Shown piece after piece: positions 1 to 8,353 of a DNA stretch of 64,000 bases (the first letter of the stretch is position 1; every line of letters starts with the position of its first letter). The stretch lies in NCBI GenBank assembly GCA_000997385.1, contig LCBT01000002.1, positions 6,315 through 70,314 on the forward strand, read 5' to 3'. The notes under the pieces were generated by a model. It had not been told where the DNA came from and did no database searches. It saw only the letters and a program-made list of their open reading frames with translations. The DNA is from Candidatus Daviesbacteria bacterium GW2011_GWA1_41_61. Its GTDB lineage: Bacteria > Patescibacteriota > Microgenomatia > Daviesbacterales > UBA10151. Both the position numbers and the translations under genes were made by a program.

Positions 1-200
1 CAAAAACAGCTCTTAGGATCCCAAGATATAACTACAGCTTGCCAGTTACTGGTTAGAAATAATCTGGATTACTTAGAACTTTCCCCCGGAGCTGCCTCTG
101 ATCCTAACATCCCTCCTATCTCGCCTCTTTTTGTCCAGCAATTTCAGCCCATCTATCGAAACCCCATCAGTGGTTACATTATTTATAGCATTGAAGAAAA

Positions 201-1433
201 TTGTCCTTAATCTTTATGCGCCTTTTAGTAAACCCCAAGTGGATAAATATACTTTGTCTAATCATTTTAATGATCCTCTCACTTCCTCCCCGTTTATGGC
301 AACTTTCCGCTATTCCTCCAGTCATTGTGGATGAGCCAGCTAACCTTCGCGATATTAATAAAATGATTGATACTCCCAACTATTATCCAGCCAATTTCCA
401 ATGGGATTTTAACCAAGCCACCCTGGTTCATTATCCCGCCATAGCAGTCGTAAAAATATTTAGTTCTCTGGATCAATTACTGGCCTTAAGACTGACTTCA
501 GTAGCTTTGAGTCTTTTGGCTTTAATACCCTTCTTTTTGATTATTCAAAGATATACCAATACTTACACCGCTTTTCTTTCAACCCTTCTTTTTTCTTTCA
601 GCTATTACTACTTACAATTTTCCCGAGTTGGTTGGACAAATATCCACGCCATCACCTTGGGCTTATACCTACTATGGAGTCTTCTTAAAACTTTAGATAA
701 ACAATCTAAAAGATGGTTAATAGTGGCTGGTATATTGGCCGGATTGACTTTATATACCTACCGAGGAGCTCATATTTACCTTTTGGCCTCTTTTGTATTA
801 ATCGCAGCCAAGATTTTATCTGAGCATAAGAAAAGATTAAAAATGGTGGTTTTTTATGCCATCTTTGGGGTTGTTTCTCTAATAATCAGCACTCCTTGGC
901 TGATAACTGTTTTTAACAATTGGCAGCAATATAACTTAAGATTGAGTGTTATCTCTGTTTCTGCAACGCCGCTTCCCTATCATGGAGTTTATTCCCCGGG
1001 CTCGGTATGGCAATACCAGATTTCGACAGTTTTTAAATCTTGGTTTCTGATGCAGTCAATAAGTGGCGATAATATTGAAAATAAAAGATATTTACCTTTA
1101 GGGTACCCGGCGGTAAATCATGTCGTAAAACTTTTGTTTTGGGCAGGGCTAATCATGGCGGTATTGAATTTCCCAAGTTATTGGTATTGGCTATTTATCC
1201 TAGGTAGTGGTCTTATACTGGGGCAGGTGTTGACTGTTGACCCTCCCAATGGTTCCCGTGCGTTGTCTATCTTACCAATAATCTATCTTCTCTCAGCTTT
1301 GCCTTTATACGCTCTTTATAAAAGGATCGCCAATAAGCCCTATCTCGTGTTGGCCATGGCCATTATGGTTTCCTTGGTAGCTTTTCAAGATTACCAATTT
1401 TACCAATACTGGATGAGTTGGATAGAAGTCTGA
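201..1433 (+). CDS. GT-C fold membrane glycosyltransferase, GT39/ArnT/PMT-like (start may lie upstream of 201)
   Basis: Polytopic membrane protein. Loop-1 DE motif (VIVDEPANL) typical of GT39/PMT/ArnT. YYYLQFSRVGW region resembles the PMT_2 family. Confidence 0.45.
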   Translation: MSLIFMRLLVNPKWINILCLIILMILSLPPRLWQLSAIPPVIVDEPANLRDINKMIDTPNYYPANFQWDFNQATLVHYPAIAVVKIFSSLDQLLALRLTSVALSLLALIPFFLIIQRYTNTYTAFLSTLLFSFSYYYLQFSRVGWTNIHAITLGLYLLWSLLKTLDKQSKRWLIVAGILAGLTLYTYRGAHIYLLASFVLIAAKILSEHKKRLKMVVFYAIFGVVSLIISTPWLITVFNNWQQYNLRLSVISVSATPLPYHGVYSPGSVWQYQISTVFKSWFLMQSISGDNIENKRYLPLGYPAVNHVVKLLFWAGLIMAVLNFPSYWYWLFILGSGLILGQVLTVDPPNGSRALSILPIIYLLSALPLYALYKRIANKPYLVLAMAIMVSLVAFQDYQFYQYWMSWIEV

Positions 1434-1472
1434 CTGGATTAATCAGGTGATTTCTTTTAAAATGAGGCTGAG

Positions 1473-3581
1473 ATGGAGTTTCTTAGTTGGTATGTTATCT
1501 TTTTAGCTTTAGGGCTGATCTTTTGGCCCATCACTACTTTACTTTTCCCCTCTTTTTTTGATAAAGGCTATGCTTTATCCAAAATTTTAGGCCTGCTTAT
1601 TTTAGGCTACAGCATGTGGCTTTTTTCCAGTTTAAAACTTCTCCCCTTTAATACCTTCTCCTTAATTGTTCTTTTGGGAATTTTTTTGCTCATCAATACT
1701 GTTTTAGCTTACAAAAAACAGCTCACTCCCCAACTTTTAGGCAGTGTTAGAATTATTATTTTTGAGGAGCTGTTATTTTTAGGGGGATTAATTTTTTGGA
1801 GCTATATCAAAGCTCATGAACCTTCCATCCATGGTTTGGAAAAGTTTATGGACTTTGGCTTTATCAATTCGAGCTTAAAAGCTGAGTTTATGCCTCCGAA
1901 AGATATCTGGTTAGCCCCTTTTTCTATCAACTACTATTATTTTGGTCATTTTGTAACAGCCCTGCTGACCAAAATATCAGGCATTAATTCAGCTGTGACC
2001 TACAACCTGATGCTTTCAACCCTCTTTGCCCTCACTTTAAGCGGAGGATTTTCTTTAGGAGCTAACCTTTATCATTTGTTTATAGCCCATTATAAGTCAC
2101 TCTCACTACATACTACACGCTACATACTACTATCTGGTTTACTGGCAGCTTTTCTTCTCACCTTAGGAGGCAATTTGCAGACTATCTATGCTTTCTTCCA
2201 AACCTACACTCCGGCAGACAGTCCCGTGCCTTTTTGGACTCTTCCTTTCCAGTTTAACTTTAACGGTTACTGGTACCCTAATGCTACCAGATTTATCCCT
2301 CTTACCATTCATGAGTTCCCCATCTACTCCTTTGTGGTCTCTGATCTACATGGCCATGTCTTAAACATCCCCTTTGTTTTACTGCTCATTGCCTTACTTA
2401 TTAAGATTTTCTCTTCTTCTCTACTATCTGCTACTTACTACTTACTACTTAGCTTACTCATCGCCATTTCCCTGATGACCAATGTTTTAGACGGACCGAT
2501 CTATCTTTTGGTGATCTCCTCAGTGTTATTTGTTAAAAATCTCCAAACTCGCCCTTTTTTGACTGCAGCTTTACACACAGCAAAAGAAGGGGCAATCATT
2601 ATTTTTTTAGCAGCTATTTTTTCCCTGCCTTTTTGGCTGGCCTTTAAACCTTTTGCCTCGGGGGTAGGCATGCTCTGTGCTCCTCAATTTTTAATCAATC
2701 TGGGCAAACTGGGACCGTTTATCTTTGAAGCCGACCATTGTGCCAGATCCCCTCTTTGGATGCTCGCGATCCTTTGGGGCTTCCCCTACTTTATAATTAT
2801 AGGTTTTATCTTCTTTGTTATTAAAGGACTTAAGTCACTTAGATCACTTAATTCTACCGATCTCCTAGTTCTCACTCTAGCCTTGGCAGCTACCCTACTG
2901 ATACTGATTCCGGAGTTTTTCTATGCCAAAGACATCTACCCTGCCCACTACCGGGCTAACACCGTCTTTAAATTTGGCTATCAGGCCTTCATTATATTAG
3001 GCCTTATTTCGGGCTACATAATTACCCGCCTTATCACTCTTACTAAAAAACCATATCTGTTTCTTGCACCATGTTTTCTGTTGCTTGCTTTTATTGCCAT
3101 CTATCCTTATTTTGCTATCAACTCCTACTACGGAGAGTTAAAAACTTATCGTGGTCTGGATGGTTTAAGTTACCTTAAAGATCTTTATCTAAATGATTAC
3201 CAGGCCATTCTTTGGCTGAGAAACAACATTCAGGGCCAACCGGTGATTTTAGAAGCCCAAGGAGATTCATATACAGATTATGCCAGAATTTCTTCTAACA
3301 CCGGTCTGCCTACTGTCATCGGCTGGCCGGTTCACGAGTGGCTGTGGAGAGGCAGTTATGATGAGGCCGGTAAAAGATCAGCTGAGGTGACCACTCTTTA
3401 TGAAAGTCCAGAGATTAATCTGACCCAAAGTTTAATTCAAAAATACAACATCTCTTATGTATTTATAGGTGATTTAGAAAAGCAAAAGTATACCAATCTA
3501 AATGAAGAAAAATTTTCCCAGTTAGGCAAAATAGTCTTCCAGTCAGGAGAGACCAGAATTTACCAACTGAATAATAACTAG
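1473..3581 (+). CDS. Large polytopic membrane protein, DUF2298-like (GT-C-like) with C-terminal soluble domain
   Basis: 702 aa with >12 predicted TM helices plus a ~120-aa hydrophilic C-terminus. It sits adjacent to and co-oriented with the GT39-like gene. Confidence 0.4.
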   Translation: MEFLSWYVIFLALGLIFWPITTLLFPSFFDKGYALSKILGLLILGYSMWLFSSLKLLPFNTFSLIVLLGIFLLINTVLAYKKQLTPQLLGSVRIIIFEELLFLGGLIFWSYIKAHEPSIHGLEKFMDFGFINSSLKAEFMPPKDIWLAPFSINYYYFGHFVTALLTKISGINSAVTYNLMLSTLFALTLSGGFSLGANLYHLFIAHYKSLSLHTTRYILLSGLLAAFLLTLGGNLQTIYAFFQTYTPADSPVPFWTLPFQFNFNGYWYPNATRFIPLTIHEFPIYSFVVSDLHGHVLNIPFVLLLIALLIKIFSSSLLSATYYLLLSLLIAISLMTNVLDGPIYLLVISSVLFVKNLQTRPFLTAALHTAKEGAIIIFLAAIFSLPFWLAFKPFASGVGMLCAPQFLINLGKLGPFIFEADHCARSPLWMLAILWGFPYFIIIGFIFFVIKGLKSLRSLNSTDLLVLTLALAATLLILIPEFFYAKDIYPAHYRANTVFKFGYQAFIILGLISGYIITRLITLTKKPYLFLAPCFLLLAFIAIYPYFAINSYYGELKTYRGLDGLSYLKDLYLNDYQAILWLRNNIQGQPVILEAQGDSYTDYARISSNTGLPTVIGWPVHEWLWRGSYDEAGKRSAEVTTLYESPEINLTQSLIQKYNISYVFIGDLEKQKYTNLNEEKFSQLGKIVFQSGETRIYQLNNN

Positions 3582-3829
3582 CCAAAATGTTGCCGTTTTC
3601 TTTCTCTCACCAATCTTCGGGCACTTTTAATAATGTGAAACATACCAAACCCAGAAGCAGCTAACAAAAACCATCCATTATTGTTAAAACCTTGGGTAAA
3701 GGCATCGTGTGCCCGTATTGCCGGAATAGATGTTAAGATGGCACCTATAATAATCTCCACTTTGGGATTCATCGGGCGGTAAATTGCTGGCAGCTGATCA
3801 TGGAAAGAAGGCTCTCTTTCACCATTCAT
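3578..3829 (-). CDS. small hypothetical membrane protein
   Basis: ORF only; contains a hydrophobic stretch. Confidence 0.2.
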   Translation of the reverse strand: MNGEREPSFHDQLPAIYRPMNPKVEIIIGAILTSIPAIRAHDAFTQGFNNNGWFLLAASGFGMFHIIKSARRLVRERKRQHFG

Positions 3830-3876
3830 ATTTATTTGACTGGTATTCTATTACTTGAAGTGTCTATTTGTAAAGG

Positions 3877-3933
3877 TTATAACTTTTCTACTTCCTCTAC
3901 CGTGTAAATCCAAATTTGGATGGTTCTTGTAAT
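3877..3933 (-). pseudogene. displaced remnant of the yjbQ 3' end (encodes ITRTIQIWIYTVEEVEKL*)
   Basis: Minus-strand translation gives ITRTIQIWIYTVEEVEKL-stop. This closely echoes the C-terminus of the intact YjbQ gene 1 kb away (QRTVQIWIYPVEGIEEL-stop). Confidence 0.55.
3908..3920. repeat. 13-nt core ATCCAAATTTGGA (palindromic with following T), copy 1; candidate att core
   Basis: Identical 13-mer at 4907-4919, embedded in ~45 nt of ~70% identity (accgtgtaaATCCAAATTTGGAtggttctt vs accggatagATCCAAATTTGGAccgttctt). Confidence 0.6.
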
Positions 3934-3962
3934 AAGTTTATACTCATTAACCAATTCTAGCG

Positions 3963-4820
3963 TTATTGATAAAGGACGTAAGGAAAAATTTTAATGACAG
4001 CTCTGTCCAAAACTCTTAAAAGTGTGGGTGTCTCCCTTACTGAGTGTGCCCACTCCCGCAACTCATATCTATCCACAAAACCATTTTCCCGTAAAGTAGC
4101 AGGCAATTCATCAATCATGCTGTTAGTCCACTCCCTAATCTGCGCAGGTAAACTTCCCAGTTCCTTTTGGGTTGCTTGATAACTATAAAGCATACTGAGA
4201 AGTTGGTACTTCGTATCTGCTGCTTGTAAAGGAAGCTTGTCTTTATTCATAGAAAAAACACTAACTCTACCCTTGTTAAGTCTCACCCCATCCCAAAGTG
4301 CCTCAAAACCCACTCCCCTTCTTTTAACCACCCCCTTGATTGTGTCAAATTTGCGTAGCTTAACATTAAAAGAACCAATATCTACTAATGTAATTGCTGA
4401 AAATTCAGGAGATCTTGGCGCAGTAATAAGAACTTCCAGAGTCGTATTTGCCTCTTGCAAACCAATCCCTGAAGTTTGTGTCCTTCCCCAATCAGCTCTA
4501 CTAATCTGAGTTAGATAGGGAAATGGGTCGGAACAGAGACGCAATCCTCTGCCTGATCCACCCAACTCACTATCGCCAAAGGAAATCTTTCCCTCTTTCC
4601 AAACCTCATCACGAATCACCTCTAAGGCTTCATCTACTTGGAGTTCTTTTAAAATTTCCTGGGTTCTGGTAACGTCTTTTTTTGTTTTTGACTCTTTTGA
4701 CTCTTTTGTCGATTGGCGGGCCTGAATTTTTGCTTTTAATTTGACCCGTTGCTCAGCTAAAGCTAAAGCTTGAGCTTGACGATAATTATTTGCCGTCCTC
4801 TCTAAATCTTCTAATCTCAT
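3963..4820 (-). CDS. hypothetical 285-aa protein carried by the insertion; candidate novel recombinase/homing factor (function unknown)
   Basis: Charged, coiled-coil-like N-terminus. No RHRY (Tyr-recombinase), Ser-recombinase, DDE, HUH, DEDD, HNH, GIY-YIG or LAGLIDADG signature recognizable by eye. Confidence 0.45.
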   Translation of the reverse strand: MRLEDLERTANNYRQAQALALAEQRVKLKAKIQARQSTKESKESKTKKDVTRTQEILKELQVDEALEVIRDEVWKEGKISFGDSELGGSGRGLRLCSDPFPYLTQISRADWGRTQTSGIGLQEANTTLEVLITAPRSPEFSAITLVDIGSFNVKLRKFDTIKGVVKRRGVGFEALWDGVRLNKGRVSVFSMNKDKLPLQAADTKYQLLSMLYSYQATQKELGSLPAQIREWTNSMIDELPATLRENGFVDRYELREWAHSVRETPTLLRVLDRAVIKIFPYVLYQ

Positions 4821-4875
4821 AGTGAGAATATTATATACCCAAAGTCAAGATAGGGATGTAGGGTAGAAACAAAGC

Positions 4876-5409
4876 CTAAAGTTCCTCTATTCCTTCCACC
4901 GGATAGATCCAAATTTGGACCGTTCTTTGCCGAATAGGGTTTTTACCTGTGCCATCCCGGCCGTCAAATTCCAAAGCTGCCACCTCTTGGTATTTTCCCA
5001 AAACAGGTTTCCCATCTTGGATAGGAATAAAAACTGAAGGGTGACCATAAAGCATCGACCTGATATGGGAAGGGGCATTATAATCTTCATCAATCTCATT
5101 ACAAAAAGGGTTGTCCTGGCAACGGTGGGTCCAGTCACAAGTAGGATAGGCAAAACCCTCCTTTTTAGCCTGCCAAGCCCTTCTGTCAGTAGGAACTAAG
5201 TGCAGGGCAAAGTTTAACATATCTTTTAACAGGTTTGGCTCTGAAATTTCCTGGATCACTACAGTCAAGGTTGTATGCTTAGAGTTAACCACCACTATCC
5301 CCTGTTTCACTTTAGACTTTTTGACAGCTTCTTTGACCTCATCAGTGAGATTTTTAAAATGAGCGTACTCTTTAGAAGGAAACTTGATCTCTTTTAAAAA
5401 AGCTTTCAT
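4876..5409 (-). CDS. yjbQ: YjbQ/UPF0047 family protein (secondary thiamine-phosphate synthase-like); start at MKAFLKEIKF
   Basis: VVVNSKHTTLTVVIQE and NAPSHIRSML motifs match UPF0047. Starting at the ORF-track start (5451) would overlap the divergent sigma factor gene. Confidence 0.55.
   Translation of the reverse strand: MKAFLKEIKFPSKEYAHFKNLTDEVKEAVKKSKVKQGIVVVNSKHTTLTVVIQEISEPNLLKDMLNFALHLVPTDRRAWQAKKEGFAYPTCDWTHRCQDNPFCNEIDEDYNAPSHIRSMLYGHPSVFIPIQDGKPVLGKYQEVAALEFDGRDGTGKNPIRQRTVQIWIYPVEGIEEL
4907..4919. repeat. 13-nt core ATCCAAATTTGGA, copy 2 (inside the yjbQ 3' coding end)
   Basis: Direct repeat of 3908-3920. It lies in the codons for VQIWIY of YjbQ. Confidence 0.6.
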
Positions 5410-5429
5410 ACACTTTATACTATTAGACA

Positions 5430-6011
5430 ATGAATATGAGAAAAACCCCACGTTTTTCCCCTCAAAGATTGGCCAAAAAACATGAGAGATTTGCTGCTCT
5501 TTATAAAAACTTAGCCCTCCCTTTAACTAAGTTTCTAGTAAAACATTCGGGAGGTGATCAAGAAGCTGCGGAAGAAGTTTTTTCCCAAACCATTGTGGCT
5601 GCCTGGAAAGGCTGGCATACCTTTGAACACCGCAGCAGCTACTTTACCTGGCTTTGCCGTATCGGATTAAACAAAATTGCTGATTATTATAAAGATCAGG
5701 TGAATATTAGGTCTAAGTTTGTCTTCCCCACTCTTTCCGCTTGGGCCAATATTGAAGATAAAAGTTTATCTTTGGAAGAGAAGACGGCTTTGGATGAGCT
5801 TCGAGAGTCAGTCAGAGAGTGTCTGGAACTTTTACCGGAGGAAAAAAGAAAGCTGTTATATCTTCGTTTCTGGCAGGAGATGACTGTTAAGGGTATGGCA
5901 GAGGTGTTGGGAATCTCTGAGAGGGCAACTGAAGGTAAACTCTACCGGGCCAAATTAGCTTTAAGAGAGGTTTTACAGGTCAGGAATCCCGAGATTATTT
6001 CTTCCTACTGA
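5430..6011 (+). CDS. RNA polymerase sigma-70 family ECF-type sigma factor
   Basis: Region 2 (FSQTIVAAWKGWHTFEH...YFTWLCRI) and region 4 HTH (MTVKGMAEVLGISERATEGKLYRAKLALRE). Confidence 0.6.
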   Translation: MNMRKTPRFSPQRLAKKHERFAALYKNLALPLTKFLVKHSGGDQEAAEEVFSQTIVAAWKGWHTFEHRSSYFTWLCRIGLNKIADYYKDQVNIRSKFVFPTLSAWANIEDKSLSLEEKTALDELRESVRECLELLPEEKRKLLYLRFWQEMTVKGMAEVLGISERATEGKLYRAKLALREVLQVRNPEIISSY

Positions 6012-7029
6012 CCAGAAAGTCTGCCATCTGATAAAGAAGAAATCTCTTGTCCTCGGCAATATCCATTGTTTTAACAACTGCCTTGGCTTCTTCTACTAAC
6101 TGGGCAGCCTTCTTTTGGGAATATTCTAAAGCTCCGGTATCTACAAACACCTTTTTAATTTGTTCTAGTTCCTGCTGGCCAATCTTCCCTTTACCATAAT
6201 AGCTATCTAACACCTTCTTCTTCTCTGCAGAGGCTTTTTTCAGGGCCTGAATAAACAGCAATGTATTTTTTCCCTCTTCAATATCTGAGGTGACAGACTT
6301 GCCCAAAGTTGCCTCATCACCAAAAACTCCCAAAATATCATCCTGGATCTGAAAAGCTATTCCTAAGTTACTGCCAAACTCCGCAATATCATCAATAAGT
6401 TTTTTATTGGCTCCCCCAACTATTGCTCCTAAATGAAGCGGCCCACTGATAGTATAACGGGCGGTTTTTAAACGAAAGACTGCTAAGGCATCCGCTTCCC
6501 TTGCTGAATCTTTTTCATGAGGCAACTGCACATCAAGCATCTGCCCTAATGCCGTATCGAGCATGGCTTGAGCAAATAAAGAGAGGGCCTGATTTTTTTC
6601 CTGATCAGGGAAATTGCTCTGAGAAATTGATCTCACAGCCAAAAAGTAACCAATATCGCCCAAGCAAATAGTCTGAGAGATGGCGTAATGATCCCCACCT
6701 AAGGCCTTATAAACGGTTGGTTTACCTCTTCTTAAGGGAGAGAGGTCAATAATGTCATCATGAGCTAGGATTGCAGTCTGGAAGATTTCAAAGGCCACAG
6801 CCGCCTTGAGGATATCCGCATTTTCCTTCCCTCCCGCCATCTCATATCCCAGCTTAACCAAAGCTCCTCTCAACCTTTTTCCACCTTCTGAAGCCTGGAT
6901 AAAAACTTTGTTCAAACTTATAAGTTTGGGACTCACTGAAGCTACTTCCTTACTCCAACTTTGGAAGAACTTCTCCATCTCCTCATTAATTTCAGAAGCA
7001 GCTGTTTCAAGGTAAGTAAGGAAATCCAT
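5995..7029 (-). CDS. polyprenyl diphosphate synthase (FPP/GGPP synthase family)
   Basis: Two Asp-rich motifs: LAHDDIIDLSPLRRGKPT and FQIQDDILGVFGD. Confidence 0.7.
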   Translation of the reverse strand: MDFLTYLETAASEINEEMEKFFQSWSKEVASVSPKLISLNKVFIQASEGGKRLRGALVKLGYEMAGGKENADILKAAVAFEIFQTAILAHDDIIDLSPLRRGKPTVYKALGGDHYAISQTICLGDIGYFLAVRSISQSNFPDQEKNQALSLFAQAMLDTALGQMLDVQLPHEKDSAREADALAVFRLKTARYTISGPLHLGAIVGGANKKLIDDIAEFGSNLGIAFQIQDDILGVFGDEATLGKSVTSDIEEGKNTLLFIQALKKASAEKKKVLDSYYGKGKIGQQELEQIKKVFVDTGALEYSQKKAAQLVEEAKAVVKTMDIAEDKRFLLYQMADFLVSRKK

Positions 7030-7114
7030 GTAATACTACTTTAACCACAAAAACCTTTTGTTATATAGAATGCACAGATCTTAGCATTCGGTCTTTTTCC
7101 TGTCAATCTTGCGC

Positions 7115-7143
7115 TTGACCCCGAGAGAGAGGACAGTTAAAAT
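7115..7143 (+). promoter_or_regulatory. putative sigma-70-like promoter for ispG (TTGACC-17nt-TAAAAT)
   Basis: -35 TTGACC at 7115-7120, a 17-nt spacer, and -10 TAAAAT at 7138-7143, about 25 nt upstream of the ispG start. Confidence 0.35.
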
Positions 7144-7168
7144 GCTTTAGTGCTCACTTATATCACAG

Positions 7169-8353
7169 ATGATCAAAATCTCTTTTCTCCGTTTTAAAAC
7201 CAGGCCGGTTAAAGTTAAAAATTTAGTGATTGGTGGTGATAATCCAGTAGTGGTACAAACTATGTGTACTGAGTATACCGAGAACGTACCAGCTGTGGTA
7301 GAACAAATTATTGCCCTTCATCAAGCCGGAGCAGAACTTATCAGAATCACCGTCCCCTCTTTAAAAGATGCCGAACATGTGGCAGAGATTAAAAAACTTC
7401 TCAAGAAAAAATACCAGGATGTGCCTTTGGTAGCTGATGTTCATCATTTTGGTTCGGATATTGCCATTAAAACTGCTGAGGTAATGGATAAAATCCGTAT
7501 TAACCCCGGCCTTTTTGTCTTTAAAAAACCATCCGGAAAATTGGAATACTCTAAAACCGAGATTGAGGCAGAATTAGCCGAGATCGAAAAAGCTTTGCTG
7601 CCGGTTTTGGCAACCTGTAAAAAACATGGTACAGCTATGAGGATAGGAGTAAACCATGGCAGTTTATCCGAGAGATTAAAGATAATGTATGGAGACACTC
7701 CCCAAGGCATGGTGGAATCAGCTATGGAATATCTAAAAATTTGTCAAAGGAACCACTTTCAAGAGCTGGTTATCTCTTTAAAGGCGAGCAAAGTAAAAGT
7801 AATGATTGAGGCCAATAGGTTAATGGTCCAAAGGATGGTAGAAGAAGGCATGAACTATCCCCTACACTTGGGAGTTACCGAGGCAGGAGCAGGGCAAATG
7901 GGACGGGTAAAAGGAGTGGTAGGCATTGGTACTCTCCTAGCAGAAGGTATCGGTGATACTATCCGAGTCTCCCTTTCAGAGGACCCTATAAATGAGCTTA
8001 GTGTTTGTTATGATCTACTCCAATCTTTAGGACTAAGAAGAACTAAACTGGAACTTATTGGCTGTCCTACCTGTGGCAGAACCCGTTTTGACCTGCCACC
8101 TATGTTAGCTAAAGTAGAGACAGAGTTTGGACATTTAAGTAATCTTTCTATTGCCGTCATGGGTTGTATTGTTAACGGTCCGGGTGAAATGGCTGATGCA
8201 GATTACGGGATGATGGGCCAGGAAGAAAAAACAGTAACTATCTTTCGGGGCCAAACTTTAATTAAACCTAATGTTCCCCAAGACCAAGCTTTAACAGTTT
8301 TAAAAGAGCTTATTCAAGCTGATGGAAAATGGATCGAAACAAATAAGGAGTAA
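7169..8353 (+). CDS. ispG: 4-hydroxy-3-methylbut-2-en-1-yl diphosphate synthase (IspG/GcpE)
   Basis: VKVKNLVIGGDNPVVVQTM N-terminus and GCPTCGRT [4Fe-4S] motif; length ~394 aa. Confidence 0.8.
   Translation: MIKISFLRFKTRPVKVKNLVIGGDNPVVVQTMCTEYTENVPAVVEQIIALHQAGAELIRITVPSLKDAEHVAEIKKLLKKKYQDVPLVADVHHFGSDIAIKTAEVMDKIRINPGLFVFKKPSGKLEYSKTEIEAELAEIEKALLPVLATCKKHGTAMRIGVNHGSLSERLKIMYGDTPQGMVESAMEYLKICQRNHFQELVISLKASKVKVMIEANRLMVQRMVEEGMNYPLHLGVTEAGAGQMGRVKGVVGIGTLLAEGIGDTIRVSLSEDPINELSVCYDLLQSLGLRRTKLELIGCPTCGRTRFDLPPMLAKVETEFGHLSNLSIAVMGCIVNGPGEMADADYGMMGQEEKTVTIFRGQTLIKPNVPQDQALTVLKELIQADGKWIETNKE

Larger units (their letters stand above)
3908..4919 (-). mobile_element. ~1-kb single-gene insertion into the 3' end of yjbQ, flanked by att-like direct repeats
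   Basis: The gene end is duplicated, with a divergent 3' copy. There is an identical 13-bp core at each boundary. The single ORF 3963-4820 lies between, on the same strand. Confidence 0.45.

Noticed and set aside
2095-2460. Short tandem-like repeats (ctacatactac..., ctacttactacttactactt) that could superficially suggest a repeat array/CRISPR
   Set aside because: They lie inside the 702-aa membrane-protein CDS and encode Tyr/Leu/Thr-rich TM segments. They are irregular, only 6-10 nt long, and have no spacer structure or cas genes.
3963-4820. The 285-aa insertion ORF as an intron-encoded LAGLIDADG homing endonuclease in an rRNA/tRNA intron
   Set aside because: There is no rRNA gene or structured intron around it. 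The flanks are a duplicated protein-gene end. No LAGLIDADG/GIY-YIG/HNH motifs could be recognized.
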